This document shows positions 18,709-29,648 of a DNA stretch of 64,000 bases, in pieces. The stretch spans positions 2,225,419-2,289,418 of the forward strand of contig OZ243941.1 in NCBI GenBank assembly GCA_965214205.1. Direction: 5' to 3'. The translations under genes and the position numbers were made by a program. The notes beneath the pieces are model-generated. The model saw only the letters and a list, made by a program, of their open reading frames with translations, searched no databases and was not told the origin of the DNA. The stretch's first letter is position 1, and the number at the start of each line of letters is the position of its first letter. This DNA comes from Candidatus Poriferihabitaceae bacterium (GTDB lineage Bacteria; Pseudomonadota; Gammaproteobacteria; Arenicellales; Poriferihabitantaceae).

Positions 18709-21700
18709 TCAGATTTCCCGGGCCATTTCCGCATCCAGGCTTCGGGCTTTACCCTGCTGGCGCTTGCGCTCAATCGGCACCACGATCAGCGACATCATGG
18801 GAGGCACGATGAGTAGCGTGATCATGGCGGAAAGGCTGAGTCCACCGACCACGACAGAGCCGAGACCACGATAAAGCTCCGAGCCGGCGCCCGGGAAAAA
18901 CACCAATGGAAGCATACCGAAAACACTGGTTAGCGTAGACATGAAGATGGGGCGGATGCGGTTGCGGGTCGCTCTTTTGATGGCCTCGGTCGCTGCCATA
19001 TCTTCAACACGGATATGGTACAGCGTCTGATGCACCAGCAGAATCGCATTGTTCACCACGATACCGATCAGAATGACAAAACCCAGCATGGTCAGCATAT
19101 CGAGGGGTTGAAAGGTAGTCAGATTGAGCAGCGCTAGCCCGCCAGCGCCGCCCGCTGCGGCAACCGGCACAGAAAGCAGAATAATCAATGGATAGATGAA
19201 ACTCTCGAACAGCACCGCCATGACCAGAAACACGATGATCAGAGAGAGCATCATATTGATGGCCATTGCGTTGCGGGTCTCCACCAGCTTGTCAGCCGTC
19301 CCGGAGATAGTAAGCTGGATATCATCCGGGATTCCTTCTTCCTTCAATGGATTGATGACCTGTTCGCGCAGCAGGTCAATCGCCGACTCCAGAGCCATGT
19401 CAGGACTCGGACGAACCTCCAGAGTGATCGTGCGGAAACTCTCGCGGTGGCGGATCTCGGTCGGCCCGGCGGTAACAACCGATTGAGCGAGAGACGAAAC
19501 CGGAACAATCTGGCCGCTCGGAGTAACCACCGGCAGGTTGCCAATACCCTGAGTCTGATAGACACTGTTTTCATCACCCTTCAGGATAATGTCCATCAAC
19601 TTGCCGTCTATGGTGGATTGGGTCACACGCAAGCCGTCATTGAACGTGTCAATGGTGCGAGCCAGCTCGATTGCCGTGACTCCGCTATCACTCAGTCTCA
19701 GGCGGTCCGGCGTGACTCTAACCTCAGGCGCCCCCAGTTCCAACCCCGGCACAGGTCGCCATTCATGCCCCTGTTGGCGAGGAAAAGTTGCCGCGATGCG
19801 GCCAAACGCCCGATTGGCAGTCTGTAGTATCTGAGTATAATCCGACCCTGAAATATCCAGGTCTATTCTGCGGCCACCGCCTACTCCACGACCAAAAATC
19901 GAGGGCTGGGTAATGAAACCGAATGTGCCGGGTTCCCGGAAAACCGGTCTTTGCAATACCGGCTTCAGTTCCGCCACTCTGGCCGGATCGATAGCGGTAA
20001 CACCGAGTATGGTTTGACCACGGAAAGCGACATAAAAGAAACGTTCGATTTTCGGCAGGCCGTCCGCCCCCGGTTCGGCGCCGGTTTCCGAAGCCCATAA
20101 CGGCCGGATTTCAGACTCAATTCCCTGAGCGATGTTGCGAGTCGTCTCCAGATTGTAGCCAGGTGGTGGCAACACAAAGCCCAAAAGCAGGTTGCGATTA
20201 CCTTCTGGCAGATATTCCAGCTTCGGCAAGACCTGCCAGGCGCCAGCGCTGGCAGCCAGCGTAATGACCACTGTGACCAATAATGCCTTGAACCGGCTTT
20301 CTACGATAATGCCGACAAACCCTGTAATCAGACGAGCAAACTGGCGAGCCAGCCAGTCAACCCCCCAAATGCTGGCTCGATGATGAGTCACGGCATTCTG
20401 CCCCGGGCCATAATATTTCCCAGTATCCTTGAAAAATCGTTTTGCCATAGCTGGAATCAGCGTAATAGACACCAGCAGAGACAGTAATACCGAGACCGAA
20501 ATAGCCACTGCAATATCCCGGAACAACTGTCCGGCCTCCAGCTCCATCACCAGAATCGGGATGAAGACCATGACCGTAGTCAAGGCTGAAACCAGTACCG
20601 CTCCCCACACCTGTTTGGCGCCCAGATAAGCCGCTTTAGCGTTTGAATGCCCCTGCTCTTTCAGGCGGTAGATATTCTCCAGCACAATGATCGCGGCATC
20701 TACCACCATGCCCACCGCAAAAGCGAGACCGGCCAGAGAAATCACATTAATCGACCGCCCGAAGGCGGCCATCGCGACAAATGCGCCAATCACCGAAATC
20801 GGGATCGAAAAGGAGATCACCAGAGTCGCGCGCAAAGAGCGCAGGAACAGCAACAAAATCAATGCCGCCAACGAACCACCCACCCAGATATTCTGGCGCA
20901 CCAGATCGATAGCCGAATTGATATAAACCGTCTCATCGTAAACCTGCTCAAGTTTCAGGCCTGCATTCGGAATCGCGTACTGGTTCAACTCACTGATCGC
21001 CTGTTTCAGCCCGGCCATGATTTCGATGACATTGGCTCCGGTCTGCCGCTCAGCGCTCATTGCAATCGCGGGATTGCCAAGCACCCGGATGCTGGCGGTT
21101 GGTTCCTTGTAGCCGAATTGAACGGTAGCCACGTCGGACAGGAACACCCGATCCAGAGCGCCGGCGTTGTCCGAGCTTCTGATCAATACATCGTAGATAA
21201 CATCCAGATTGTCCAATTCTCCCTCGGTACGCACTACATAGCGTCTCTTGCCCTCATCAATGCTGCCCGCGCCGACCGATACATTGGCATTGCGGAGTGC
21301 GGCTATCAGGTCGGTAACCGTCAGTTGAAAGCGCGCCAGCAGACTGGGATCGACAATAATCTGAATTTCCCGCTCACTGCCACCGTAGACATTGATCCTG
21401 CCGATACCGGGAACCCGTTCCAGCCGTTCCCTTACCACATTGTCGATGAAATCACCGTATTCATGAATCGGTCGCTGATTGCCTTCCAGCCGGTACAGAG
21501 TCATCCACGCGATTGAATTATCTTCGCTGCCAGCCGTATCCAGAGTAGGCTGTTCCGCCTCATCCGGGTAATCCGGCACCCGATCCAGCCGGTTTGCCAC
21601 CAGTAACAAGGCACGATCCATGTTGGTTCCAATCTTGAATTCCAGAGTAACCTGGCTCTGCCCCTGTTGCGCCCGGCTGGTAATCGACTCCAGACCTTCG

Positions 21701-21921
21701 AGGCCAGAGAACTGCTCCTCCTGCTGATTGACCAGTTCCCGTTCCGTTTCAGCGGGCGCCGCGCCAAACCAGTTGGTAGTGACAGTAATCACCGGACGAT
21801 TGACGTCCGGCGCCAACTGAATCGGAATCGTGGTCAACGCAACCAGCCCGAACAGGATAATCATCAACACGGCGGACACCACCGCAATCGGTCGCTCAAT
21901 AGCGGCGCGAATGATGTTCAT
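18709..21921 (-). CDS. RND efflux transporter permease (AcrB/HAE1-like)
   Basis: 1070 aa with a 12-TM plus two-large-loop architecture. The N-terminus IERPIAVVSAVLMIILFG and multiple RND-conserved TM stretches are present. Confidence 0.9.
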   Translation of the reverse strand: MNIIRAAIERPIAVVSAVLMIILFGLVALTTIPIQLAPDVNRPVITVTTNWFGAAPAETERELVNQQEEQFSGLEGLESITSRAQQGQSQVTLEFKIGTNMDRALLLVANRLDRVPDYPDEAEQPTLDTAGSEDNSIAWMTLYRLEGNQRPIHEYGDFIDNVVRERLERVPGIGRINVYGGSEREIQIIVDPSLLARFQLTVTDLIAALRNANVSVGAGSIDEGKRRYVVRTEGELDNLDVIYDVLIRSSDNAGALDRVFLSDVATVQFGYKEPTASIRVLGNPAIAMSAERQTGANVIEIMAGLKQAISELNQYAIPNAGLKLEQVYDETVYINSAIDLVRQNIWVGGSLAALILLLFLRSLRATLVISFSIPISVIGAFVAMAAFGRSINVISLAGLAFAVGMVVDAAIIVLENIYRLKEQGHSNAKAAYLGAKQVWGAVLVSALTTVMVFIPILVMELEAGQLFRDIAVAISVSVLLSLLVSITLIPAMAKRFFKDTGKYYGPGQNAVTHHRASIWGVDWLARQFARLITGFVGIIVESRFKALLVTVVITLAASAGAWQVLPKLEYLPEGNRNLLLGFVLPPPGYNLETTRNIAQGIESEIRPLWASETGAEPGADGLPKIERFFYVAFRGQTILGVTAIDPARVAELKPVLQRPVFREPGTFGFITQPSIFGRGVGGGRRIDLDISGSDYTQILQTANRAFGRIAATFPRQQGHEWRPVPGLELGAPEVRVTPDRLRLSDSGVTAIELARTIDTFNDGLRVTQSTIDGKLMDIILKGDENSVYQTQGIGNLPVVTPSGQIVPVSSLAQSVVTAGPTEIRHRESFRTITLEVRPSPDMALESAIDLLREQVINPLKEEGIPDDIQLTISGTADKLVETRNAMAINMMLSLIIVFLVMAVLFESFIYPLIILLSVPVAAAGGAGGLALLNLTTFQPLDMLTMLGFVILIGIVVNNAILLVHQTLYHIRVEDMAATEAIKRATRNRIRPIFMSTLTSVFGMLPLVFFPGAGSELYRGLGSVVVGGLSLSAMITLLIVPPMMSLIVVPIERKRQQGKARSLDAEMAREI

Positions 21922-23093
21922 TGCGAGCCTGCGATACGAACGGCCTGCCCCGGCCTCAGCCTCTCATTTCCCCGTATCACAACCCGTTCCCCAGCGGACA
22001 GGCCAGTCATCACCTCGACCCGATTGCCGATCGAATAACCCGTTTCCAATTCACGGATTTCGACTACTTCCGGTTGCGGCTCCGATTGCGAATCGGTCGG
22101 CTCCTCCGCCCCCTTAACCACGACATAGACCACATTGGCCTGCCCGCGCCGGATAATGCCGTCCTTGTGCACGGTCAGGATTTCACGCACATCGGATACC
22201 GGAACATATACGGTCACGCTTTGCTCGTTCGCAAGGTCGCCAGCCCCATCCCCCAGAATCGGCTCGAACCGGACTCGCCGGGTTCGTGTGCGGGGGTTCT
22301 CTTCCGGTATGATTGCACGCATTGTGGCCTTGTGCTGGCTTCCATTTTCCAGCTCGATACGCACCATGAAGCCCGGCGACAGACCCTTTAGCTGAGCAGC
22401 CGGAATGTCAGCCTCAAGCTCAAGACGCCGATCCGATATTAACCGGAAAACAGGCTGCCCGACTTGCAGGTAATTGCCAACCTCGGTCAGTTTTTCGGTG
22501 ATGGTTCCATCGAATGGCGCCCGAATGGTCGCATTCTCATACGCCAGTGCGGCAATCTCAAAAAGCACCTGGCTACTGCGGATGCCCGCCTCCGACTCGT
22601 TGAGTCGTGACCTGGCTATTTTCTGTTGCTGCAAGGCATCATCCAGAGCGGCCTGGCTGATTGCCGCCGACCCCTTCAAGGCTTCCAGCCGGTCCACTTC
22701 CTGCCCGGCCAGGACCAACTCAGCCTTCACCGTTCTCAACCGTGTCCGGGCTTCAACCAACGCCGATTCGGCCTGCTTTTTAAGAAGCTCCAGATTGGTC
22801 GTGTCGAGGCGTGCCAGTACTTGTCCCACCGCTACAACATCACCGGGCTCAACCAGGGTTTCGGCAACCGGCCCACTGATACGTACAGCGACCGTGCCGG
22901 TCTGTTTGGCGATCAGCCGCCCCAGTATCGGCGCCGTCTGGGTGAACTGCTCGGAAACCACCGCGTCAACCGAAACCAGCGCCGCCTGTTGGGCATATAC
23001 GACAGAAACCCAGGGCAGCGTCAGAATAAACAGACAACGAATCAGATTTTTATACAAGAGCGGATTACCAGGCAATGGCTTGACAACAATCAT
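21918..23093 (-). CDS. RND efflux periplasmic adaptor (membrane fusion protein, HlyD family)
   Basis: 391 aa with an N-terminal hydrophobic anchor, a coiled-coil hairpin and beta-barrel regions. There is a 4-bp overlap with the RND gene, and no outer-membrane factor gene is adjacent. Confidence 0.85.
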   Translation of the reverse strand: MIVVKPLPGNPLLYKNLIRCLFILTLPWVSVVYAQQAALVSVDAVVSEQFTQTAPILGRLIAKQTGTVAVRISGPVAETLVEPGDVVAVGQVLARLDTTNLELLKKQAESALVEARTRLRTVKAELVLAGQEVDRLEALKGSAAISQAALDDALQQQKIARSRLNESEAGIRSSQVLFEIAALAYENATIRAPFDGTITEKLTEVGNYLQVGQPVFRLISDRRLELEADIPAAQLKGLSPGFMVRIELENGSQHKATMRAIIPEENPRTRTRRVRFEPILGDGAGDLANEQSVTVYVPVSDVREILTVHKDGIIRRGQANVVYVVVKGAEEPTDSQSEPQPEVVEIRELETGYSIGNRVEVMTGLSAGERVVIRGNERLRPGQAVRIAGSQ

Positions 23094-23162
23094 TATCCCG
23101 TAAACCAGGCGGATATGATAGCGGAATCACAGGCATGTCATCATACAGGAGAAAACGGTAGC

Positions 23163-24317
23163 TCAACCCGTGGTTGAGCCGCCCTGCAGGTAGATATCCC
23201 GCTTGGGGTACGGAATTTCCAGGTCATGCTCTCGGAATGCCTGACGGGTCGCCATATAAAGCTGATGCAGCGTCCGTCCGCGCAACGCCGGTTCATCAAT
23301 CCAGCAAAGCAGTTCAATGTTGATTCCACTGTCCGCAAAGCCGCGCACGCGAACCGCTGCCTCCGGCTCCTTGCATACGCCCGGATGGTTATCCGCAACC
23401 TCTCTCAATACCTCGCACACCTCTTCCAGATCCGCGTCATAAGAAGCCTGTACGCTGAGGCGCAGGCGCAGTTTGCTCGATGGGCCGCCGGTTTCATTGA
23501 CGATTTTCGCGTTGCCGATGACCCCGTTCGGAATAATGACTTCGATCTGGTCGCGGGTAAGCAGTCGGGTACTGCGCAAACCGATGTGAGTCACCTTGCC
23601 GCGCTCGCCGGTATCCAGGTTGACATAGTCACCCAGCTTGTAAGGCATGTCGGCTATGATGAAAAACCCGGAAAACAGGTTGGCCAGAGTGTCCTTGGCG
23701 GCAAACCCGATGGCGATGCCGGCGATGCCGGCCGAGGCCAGGAAACCGACCGGGTTGATACCCCACAGGACAAACAGGGCATAAACGCCAATCAGAATAA
23801 TCAGAACCTTGAATACGATACTGAGTAAGGGTTTGCTTTGATCATTGATCAACGTGACGCGATTATTGACCGACATCGCGGAAGTGAGAGCGCTCACCAG
23901 GCGAAAACCGAAACCCAGCCAGACCAGAATCAGAACCGACCCGGTAAACAGCACAGCGGTATCCGCGACCGCGTTATCCGGCCAACTCGAAGACAGGGCG
24001 ATAATCAGACCCACACAGACCACGGTGACAAAAACCGGCCGGTTCAGCATGATGATGAGCTGATTGTCCGCGACCCCGGACAGACGCTCCGCCAGTTTCC
24101 GGCCCACCATGTTCAGCGCGAACCGGCGAATGACATAAGCCAGCAACCAGAACAGCAGCGCGATGGCGACAGCCTGTACAATCGGATAAGCGTCCAGAAA
24201 TTGCCAGTAAGGCTGCAGTTGGTCGGGCAACAGTTCCACAAAGGGCGGCAGTTCGGCAGCCAGGTCGACCGGCATCAGTTCTGTTGTCTTTTCCGTACTT
24301 TGCTGGCTATCGGCCAT
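23163..24317 (-). CDS. Mechanosensitive ion channel (MscS family)
   Basis: 384 aa with N-terminal TM helices, then PYKLGDYVNLDTGERGKVTHIGLRSTRLLTRDQIEVIIPNG, which is typical of the MscS beta domain. Confidence 0.85.
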   Translation of the reverse strand: MADSQQSTEKTTELMPVDLAAELPPFVELLPDQLQPYWQFLDAYPIVQAVAIALLFWLLAYVIRRFALNMVGRKLAERLSGVADNQLIIMLNRPVFVTVVCVGLIIALSSSWPDNAVADTAVLFTGSVLILVWLGFGFRLVSALTSAMSVNNRVTLINDQSKPLLSIVFKVLIILIGVYALFVLWGINPVGFLASAGIAGIAIGFAAKDTLANLFSGFFIIADMPYKLGDYVNLDTGERGKVTHIGLRSTRLLTRDQIEVIIPNGVIGNAKIVNETGGPSSKLRLRLSVQASYDADLEEVCEVLREVADNHPGVCKEPEAAVRVRGFADSGINIELLCWIDEPALRGRTLHQLYMATRQAFREHDLEIPYPKRDIYLQGGSTTG

Positions 24318-24526
24318 CGAATCCCAATCCCGTCATAAGTGTCAATTCAGAAATTCGATCTCGATAAATTTGTGGATTTGTCATTCATGCCGTGTAGCGC
24401 CGTACCTGTTCCCCGTACACATTCGGGTTGGACATCCTGAGTATACCCGATAATATAAGCGTGGAATTAACGAACGTCGCCAAATACAATCAGAGCCATC
24501 ATACTCAACTTAAGGCCACGAAAATC

Positions 24527-25249
24527 ATGAACCGGACCGAACCGGACCCGCGCGCTCCCGACGGACTCGATTACGAACTCGATTATATCGAAATCCAGAC
24601 CGGACTGGACCCGCAAACAACCATTATCTGGCTGCATGGACTCGGAGCCGACGGACATGATTTCATCCCGGTTGTCGATGAACTCGAACTGCCGACCGAC
24701 ACCGCCTTCCGGTTTGTGTTCCCGCATGCTCCAATGCGCCCGATCACCATCAATAACGGCATGGTCATGCGCGGCTGGTATGACATCCATGACATACCGC
24801 TTGACGCGGATAAAACCGACCGGGCAGGCCGGGCGGGGCTGGAACATTCCAGCGGGATTGTCCGGGATTTGATTGTACAGGAGAATCAGCGGGGGATTGC
24901 CACCGACCATATATTCCTGGCCGGATTTTCCCAGGGAGGCGCCGTTGCGCTGTTTGCCGGTCTGAGGTTTTCGCAACCTCTGGCGGGAATCATCGCGTTA
25001 TCGGCTTATCTGCCGGACCCGGATTCAATTGAAGCTGAACGTTCCGGCCAGAACCTCGCCACGCCGATATTCATGGCCCATGGCAATCAGGACCCGGTGA
25101 TTCCGGTCGGCGCGGGACAACTCAGTTACCAGACGCTCGCCGGGGCCGGGCACGACATCAGTTGGCATACCTACGACATGCCCCATTCAGTGCACCCGGA
25201 CGAGATTCGGGATATTGCGCGCTTTATCCGCCAACATTCAGAAACTTGA
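24527..25249 (+). CDS. Carboxylesterase/phospholipase family alpha/beta hydrolase
   Basis: Motifs WLHGLGADGHDF and the nucleophile elbow GFSQGG, with a C-terminal His region. The ATG at 24527 is preferred over the TTG at 24428. Confidence 0.8.
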   Translation: MNRTEPDPRAPDGLDYELDYIEIQTGLDPQTTIIWLHGLGADGHDFIPVVDELELPTDTAFRFVFPHAPMRPITINNGMVMRGWYDIHDIPLDADKTDRAGRAGLEHSSGIVRDLIVQENQRGIATDHIFLAGFSQGGAVALFAGLRFSQPLAGIIALSAYLPDPDSIEAERSGQNLATPIFMAHGNQDPVIPVGAGQLSYQTLAGAGHDISWHTYDMPHSVHPDEIRDIARFIRQHSET

Positions 25250-25251
25250 GG

Positions 25252-26574
25252 TCAATCGGGTATCGAACGCACCAGATGCGGATAATAATAATACAGTGTC
25301 AGAGTTCTCAATATCATGAAACAAGTCAGTCCGAGGAAGAGTCCATGATTGCCGTAGACGGCCTGGAAGGCTATTGTCAGAATCAGATACCCTACCGTCG
25401 AAACAATCATGGCGTTACGCATTTCCCGCGCATGCCCCGTACCGATGAATAATCCATCAAGCTGAAAACTCCAGCAAGATACGAGCGGAGAGATAACCAT
25501 CCAGATCAAATACTGGTCTGCCGCCCGGATAACTTCATCCGCATCAGTAAACAGCGACACGAACCAATTCCCGAAAAGGAGATAAATCACGCTGACCATC
25601 GCTGCCATGCCTGCCGACCAGAGAGTGGTCAACCAGGCCGCCCGCTTGAATCGGGCACGATTCCTGGCGCCGTAGGCGCTGCCTCCCATAGCCTCAACCG
25701 CATGAGCAAAACCATCCAGCCCGTAAGCCATAACCGTCTGGAAATGCAGCAAGACCGTATTCACCGCCAGAATCAACTCGCCGTGCGCAGCGCTTTGCGC
25801 GGTAAAGAACGCGAACGAGAAAACCAGGCAGATTGTACGGATAAAAATATTACCGTTGGTACTCGCCATTGCTCTCAATGCGCCAGCCTCGAATACATCA
25901 GACCAGCGCAATCTGTCGAGTGCCCGTAGCAATGGCTTGCGTAACAGGAAAAACCCACAAAACGCGGCGCTGTATTCTGCAATCAGGGTGGCCCAGGCCA
26001 CTCCCGGCACGCCCCATTCAAGAATCGGCACAAACAACAGATCCAGCGCGACATTGGTAAGATTCAGAACCAGTTGCAGAATCAGCGCCAGATGAGTCTG
26101 ATGCATACCGACGAAAATCCCGGTAAAGACATAGACGCAGAGAGTAGCCGGTGCGCCCCAGACTCGAATCAGGGCATACTCGGCAGCCAGCGTTTCGACC
26201 GCCTCACTGCTGTCAATCAGATACAAGGCCAGTCCGACCAACGGATTGCCCAGCATGATCACAGCCAGTCCCAGCACAATCCCCAGCAAAATAAAGCGCA
26301 GCATGGCGCCAGAAATCGAATCCTGGTCATCGGCGCCGTAGGCGCGGGCGATGAACCCGGTAATGCCCATCTTCAAGAAACCGAATCCCCAGTAGATAAA
26401 ACTGAAGATCAGCGCCCCCAGCGCGACCGCTCCGATATGATGCAATCCCGGCAAATGACCGACCACGGCAGTGTCCACCGCCCCCACCAGAGGCACCGAA
26501 ATGTTCGAGATAATCATCGGCCCCGCCAACGCCCAGACCGTGCGGTGAGAAATGTCTCTGGCGGGTGGTGTCAT
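25252..26574 (-). CDS. MATE family efflux transporter (DinF-like)
   Basis: 440 aa with 12 TM helices and a MATE-like N-terminus (ALAGPMIISNISVPLVGAVDTAVVGHL). Confidence 0.85.
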   Translation of the reverse strand: MTPPARDISHRTVWALAGPMIISNISVPLVGAVDTAVVGHLPGLHHIGAVALGALIFSFIYWGFGFLKMGITGFIARAYGADDQDSISGAMLRFILLGIVLGLAVIMLGNPLVGLALYLIDSSEAVETLAAEYALIRVWGAPATLCVYVFTGIFVGMHQTHLALILQLVLNLTNVALDLLFVPILEWGVPGVAWATLIAEYSAAFCGFFLLRKPLLRALDRLRWSDVFEAGALRAMASTNGNIFIRTICLVFSFAFFTAQSAAHGELILAVNTVLLHFQTVMAYGLDGFAHAVEAMGGSAYGARNRARFKRAAWLTTLWSAGMAAMVSVIYLLFGNWFVSLFTDADEVIRAADQYLIWMVISPLVSCWSFQLDGLFIGTGHAREMRNAMIVSTVGYLILTIAFQAVYGNHGLFLGLTCFMILRTLTLYYYYPHLVRSIPD

Positions 26575-26736
26575 AGAAAAAGGTCGGGTCAGGCAAGGTT
26601 GTCAGATTACAACAAACCTGCTCGGAAAACAGCCCAAAATTATTTGAAAATTAAATGGAAAAGCTGCAATATTATCTTTAGAATCCGCCTGAATATCCGC
26701 CGCTCATTTTAGCAATCACCCTGGGGAGAAACCGAC

Positions 26737-28050
26737 ATGCTGAATGACCTTCGCGCTACCTGGGCATTGCTGATCGGCATCGGATTCATGATGTTGGGCA
26801 ACGGACTTCAGGGAACCCTGCTTGGGCTACGCGCCACTATGGAGGGCTTCCCCACCTTCATTACCGGCATCATCATGTCGGGTTACTTTTTCGGCATTCT
26901 GGCAGGCTCCATAGTCGCCCCGCGACTGGTAGAACGAGTCGGCCATATTCGGGTATTTGCCGCGCTCGCTTCCATGGCATCCATTTCCATTCTCGTGCAT
27001 GGTCTTCACGTTAGCCCGATAAGCTGGACCGCCATGCGATTCGTCACCGGCTTGAGTTATGCAGGACTGTACGTGGTAGCGGAAAGCTGGCTGAACGACC
27101 GCGCCAGCAACGAGACGCGTGGCCGGATTCTGTCTGTCTATATGGTGATTACCACCCTGGGACTCGGTTGCGGTCAGTTTCTGCTCAATCTGGGTGACCC
27201 ACGGCAACTTGAGCTTTTCATTCTGGTTTCCATGATCGCGTCTGCCGGATTGATTCCAATTTTGCTCACAGCCAAGCCCGCACCCGGATTTGGCCCAACC
27301 GAAAAAATGTCCTTGAAAGAGCTCTATCGCGCTTCGCCACTGGCGGTGATCAGCAGCGCTTTGACCGGAGCAGCGCACGGCACTATTTTTGGGCTGGGGC
27401 CGGTTTATGCCGCCCAGATTCTGGAAAGAACCGACCTGGTTTCAATCTTCATGGCTTGTGTCCTGCTCGGCGGCCTGATTACCCAATGGCCAATCGGCTG
27501 GTTATCCGACCGGATTAACCGCAGAGTTACCCTATCCGTTCTTTGCATGGTTTCGATAGTCGTTTGCATCGCAGCGATGTTGCTGGTAAAGGGCAGTACC
27601 GCCTATTTTGTCGCGATTGCGATTCTGGGCGGAGCGGCAATACCCATGTATGCGTTAAACGTCGCTTATGCCAATGACCGATTGCGGCCAGATCAGGTCG
27701 TGGCGGCCAGCAGTAGCCTGGTAATGCTGACCGGAATCGGCTTGAGTACAGGTCCGATTGCCGTGTCATTCCTGATGGGACAGTTCGGGCCTTCCCTCTT
27801 TTTCATTGGAATCGCAATGTTCTTTACCCTGATTCTGGGATTCTCAGCCTGGCGTATGAGGATTACCGAGGCCATTGCCCCCGGCGACCAAAGCCCGGTG
27901 ATTGCGACAGGGTTGATCGGTACTCCGGTAGCCGAATATATCGCGCCCGATGCAGAAGATTATGTGGAAGCGCTGCTCCAGGATGAATTGCACCTGCTGG
28001 ACGAACAAGACACGGACGACAATGGCGATGAAGAAAAACCGGGCGCCTGA
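26737..28050 (+). CDS. MFS transporter
   Basis: 437 aa with about 12 TM helices, an MFS loop motif around DRINRR, and an acidic C-terminal tail. Confidence 0.8.
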   Translation: MLNDLRATWALLIGIGFMMLGNGLQGTLLGLRATMEGFPTFITGIIMSGYFFGILAGSIVAPRLVERVGHIRVFAALASMASISILVHGLHVSPISWTAMRFVTGLSYAGLYVVAESWLNDRASNETRGRILSVYMVITTLGLGCGQFLLNLGDPRQLELFILVSMIASAGLIPILLTAKPAPGFGPTEKMSLKELYRASPLAVISSALTGAAHGTIFGLGPVYAAQILERTDLVSIFMACVLLGGLITQWPIGWLSDRINRRVTLSVLCMVSIVVCIAAMLLVKGSTAYFVAIAILGGAAIPMYALNVAYANDRLRPDQVVAASSSLVMLTGIGLSTGPIAVSFLMGQFGPSLFFIGIAMFFTLILGFSAWRMRITEAIAPGDQSPVIATGLIGTPVAEYIAPDAEDYVEALLQDELHLLDEQDTDDNGDEEKPGA

Positions 28051-28106
28051 TAAAATCGCCTTACAATACCCTGGCAACAAAAGAAAACTGAACCGGCAAT
28101 CAACCC

Positions 28107-28433
28107 ATGAAAGGAAGACAGATCATAAGAACCCGCAGTACCGCATTTGGCGAATACTCCTGGGACCCTGAAAATACCGACATCCGAATGTTGAGCCTCA
28201 GTTACGACTCTGAATCCGGGCAAGGTTCCTATATCATGCGGATGGAGCCGGGCGCCGAAACCGAACTCCACACCCATGAATATAACGAAGAATACTTCAT
28301 CATCGAAGGCGACCTGATTGAACCGGACGGCGCCGTGCTCGGACCCGGAGACATGGTTATTTTCAAGCCGGGAACGCGACACAACAGCCGCACCGTCAAC
28401 GGCTGCCTGCTGATCGCGATAGACTATGCCTGA
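28107..28433 (+). CDS. Cupin-domain protein
   Basis: 108 aa with cupin motifs HTHEYNEEYFIIEGDL and GDMVIFKPGTRH. Confidence 0.6.
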   Translation: MKGRQIIRTRSTAFGEYSWDPENTDIRMLSLSYDSESGQGSYIMRMEPGAETELHTHEYNEEYFIIEGDLIEPDGAVLGPGDMVIFKPGTRHNSRTVNGCLLIAIDYA

Positions 28434-28462
28434 CTCCATTAGCAAGTCAATAAAATTCACAC

Positions 28463-28489
28463 AACCCGTAGAAACGCATACCCCCACAG
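28463..28489. repeat. Left copy of an imperfect direct repeat, a relic of the dgkA 3' end (attL-like)
   Basis: AACCCGTAGAaacGCATACCCccACAG here aligns with AACCCGTAGAgcGCATAtaCCCACAG at 29676-29701. That is 10 identical bases followed by 13 further matches with small indels. Confidence 0.6.
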
Positions 28490-28526
28490 GCAGAGTCAGG
28501 ATCAGTGCATAACGACAGGGCGTGTT

Positions 28527-29123
28527 TCAAGAAGCGTTCACAAAAACCAGTAAACCTCGGAAGTCGTGCCTGTCGGCAGCTCTGAGCGCCGCAATATATT
28601 GATCGCGACGCTGATTCATACTTTCCAGACTGTGGCCTCCCGCCCAATCAATAGCAGACTCATTCATCAGCTTGGTCAATACGGCATCTGCCATAATACG
28701 TGCATGACGACCATTCCCGTTTGAGAATGGATGGATATACACAAGCTGGTGGTGAAATCGTGCCGCGAGTTCTTTTGGCAAGTATGTATTGTTATCCACC
28801 CAATACTGCGCGTTGTCCAGAAGCTGACGCAACTGAATAGCGATCTGGCCTGGGTCGACACCGATATTCTTTCCTGTCCTGCGAAACTGCCCGGCCCATT
28901 TCCAGACCTTACCAAACAACCGTTTATGAAGATCACGTACAAACCCTTCTGTCAGCACATCGGGGGCCTTCTGCTTTGCAAGCCACTGCATTCCCTCTAT
29001 GATATTGGCCTGCTCAAGCTGATCAAGCTCACCCCGCGTTGAGATATGCTTAAAGCGAAGCCCTTCCATTTCATCAGGATCAAGAGGCGTTGCACCTTCG
29101 GGGTAACACATGACCCCACTCAT
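28527..29123 (-). CDS. Fic-domain protein (mobile mystery protein B-like)
   Basis: 198 aa with the Fic motif HPFSNGNGRHAR. It shares a 4-bp overlap with the upstream HTH gene. Confidence 0.85.
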   Translation of the reverse strand: MSGVMCYPEGATPLDPDEMEGLRFKHISTRGELDQLEQANIIEGMQWLAKQKAPDVLTEGFVRDLHKRLFGKVWKWAGQFRRTGKNIGVDPGQIAIQLRQLLDNAQYWVDNNTYLPKELAARFHHQLVYIHPFSNGNGRHARIMADAVLTKLMNESAIDWAGGHSLESMNQRRDQYIAALRAADRHDFRGLLVFVNAS

Positions 29124-29584
29124 TCATCACTCCATAAATCAGAAGGCATTTTTTCTCTGATCTCTGAGGCAATCCGTTCAACCTCAAAAGACAGCAACTC
29201 GTCATTCAGCGCTTGATCTTCAAGCGCCATGTGAACAGATGCGGCCTCTATTCGCTCTCTGGCTTTTCGAACAGCTCTCTTTTGAATCAGACCTTCTATT
29301 TCCTGCTCAGGTAAAACAGCATAGACGAAACGACAATTCATCGCTCCAGCCATACTTTTCATAGACTTGAGTGTGATACTACCGGTCAATTCGTCTTGTT
29401 CCGCTCTGGAAACTCGCGCTTTTGTAACCCCTAACCGCTTAGCCAACTGTGGTCCCGACATACCCAGAGCATTGCGTACTGTCCGAAGCCACCCCTCAGG
29501 AGGCATAGAAAGATCATTAACCTGCCTGATAGCCTGGTTAATCTTCTCTCTGTATTGTTGCGCGATAATCTTGTTAATACTCAT
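29120..29584 (-). CDS. XRE-type helix-turn-helix protein (mobile mystery protein A-like), the putative cognate regulator or antitoxin of the Fic protein
   Basis: 154 aa with the HTH LRTVRNALGMSGPQLAKRLGVTKARVSRAEQ. It is translationally coupled to the Fic gene. Confidence 0.75.
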   Translation of the reverse strand: MSINKIIAQQYREKINQAIRQVNDLSMPPEGWLRTVRNALGMSGPQLAKRLGVTKARVSRAEQDELTGSITLKSMKSMAGAMNCRFVYAVLPEQEIEGLIQKRAVRKARERIEAASVHMALEDQALNDELLSFEVERIASEIREKMPSDLWSDE

Positions 29585-29648
29585 GTATCAACCCTTACAT
29601 TTACTTTCATACAATATTGTAAACATAAATATATACAAGATAACTTAT

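Noticed and set aside
28447-28647. 66-aa minus-strand ORF downstream of the Fic gene
   Set aside because: Its C-terminus (GGMRFYGLCEFY) is just the displaced relic of the dgkA 3' end read in frame. The rest overlaps the Fic gene 3' region out of frame, so it is treated as a scar, not a gene.
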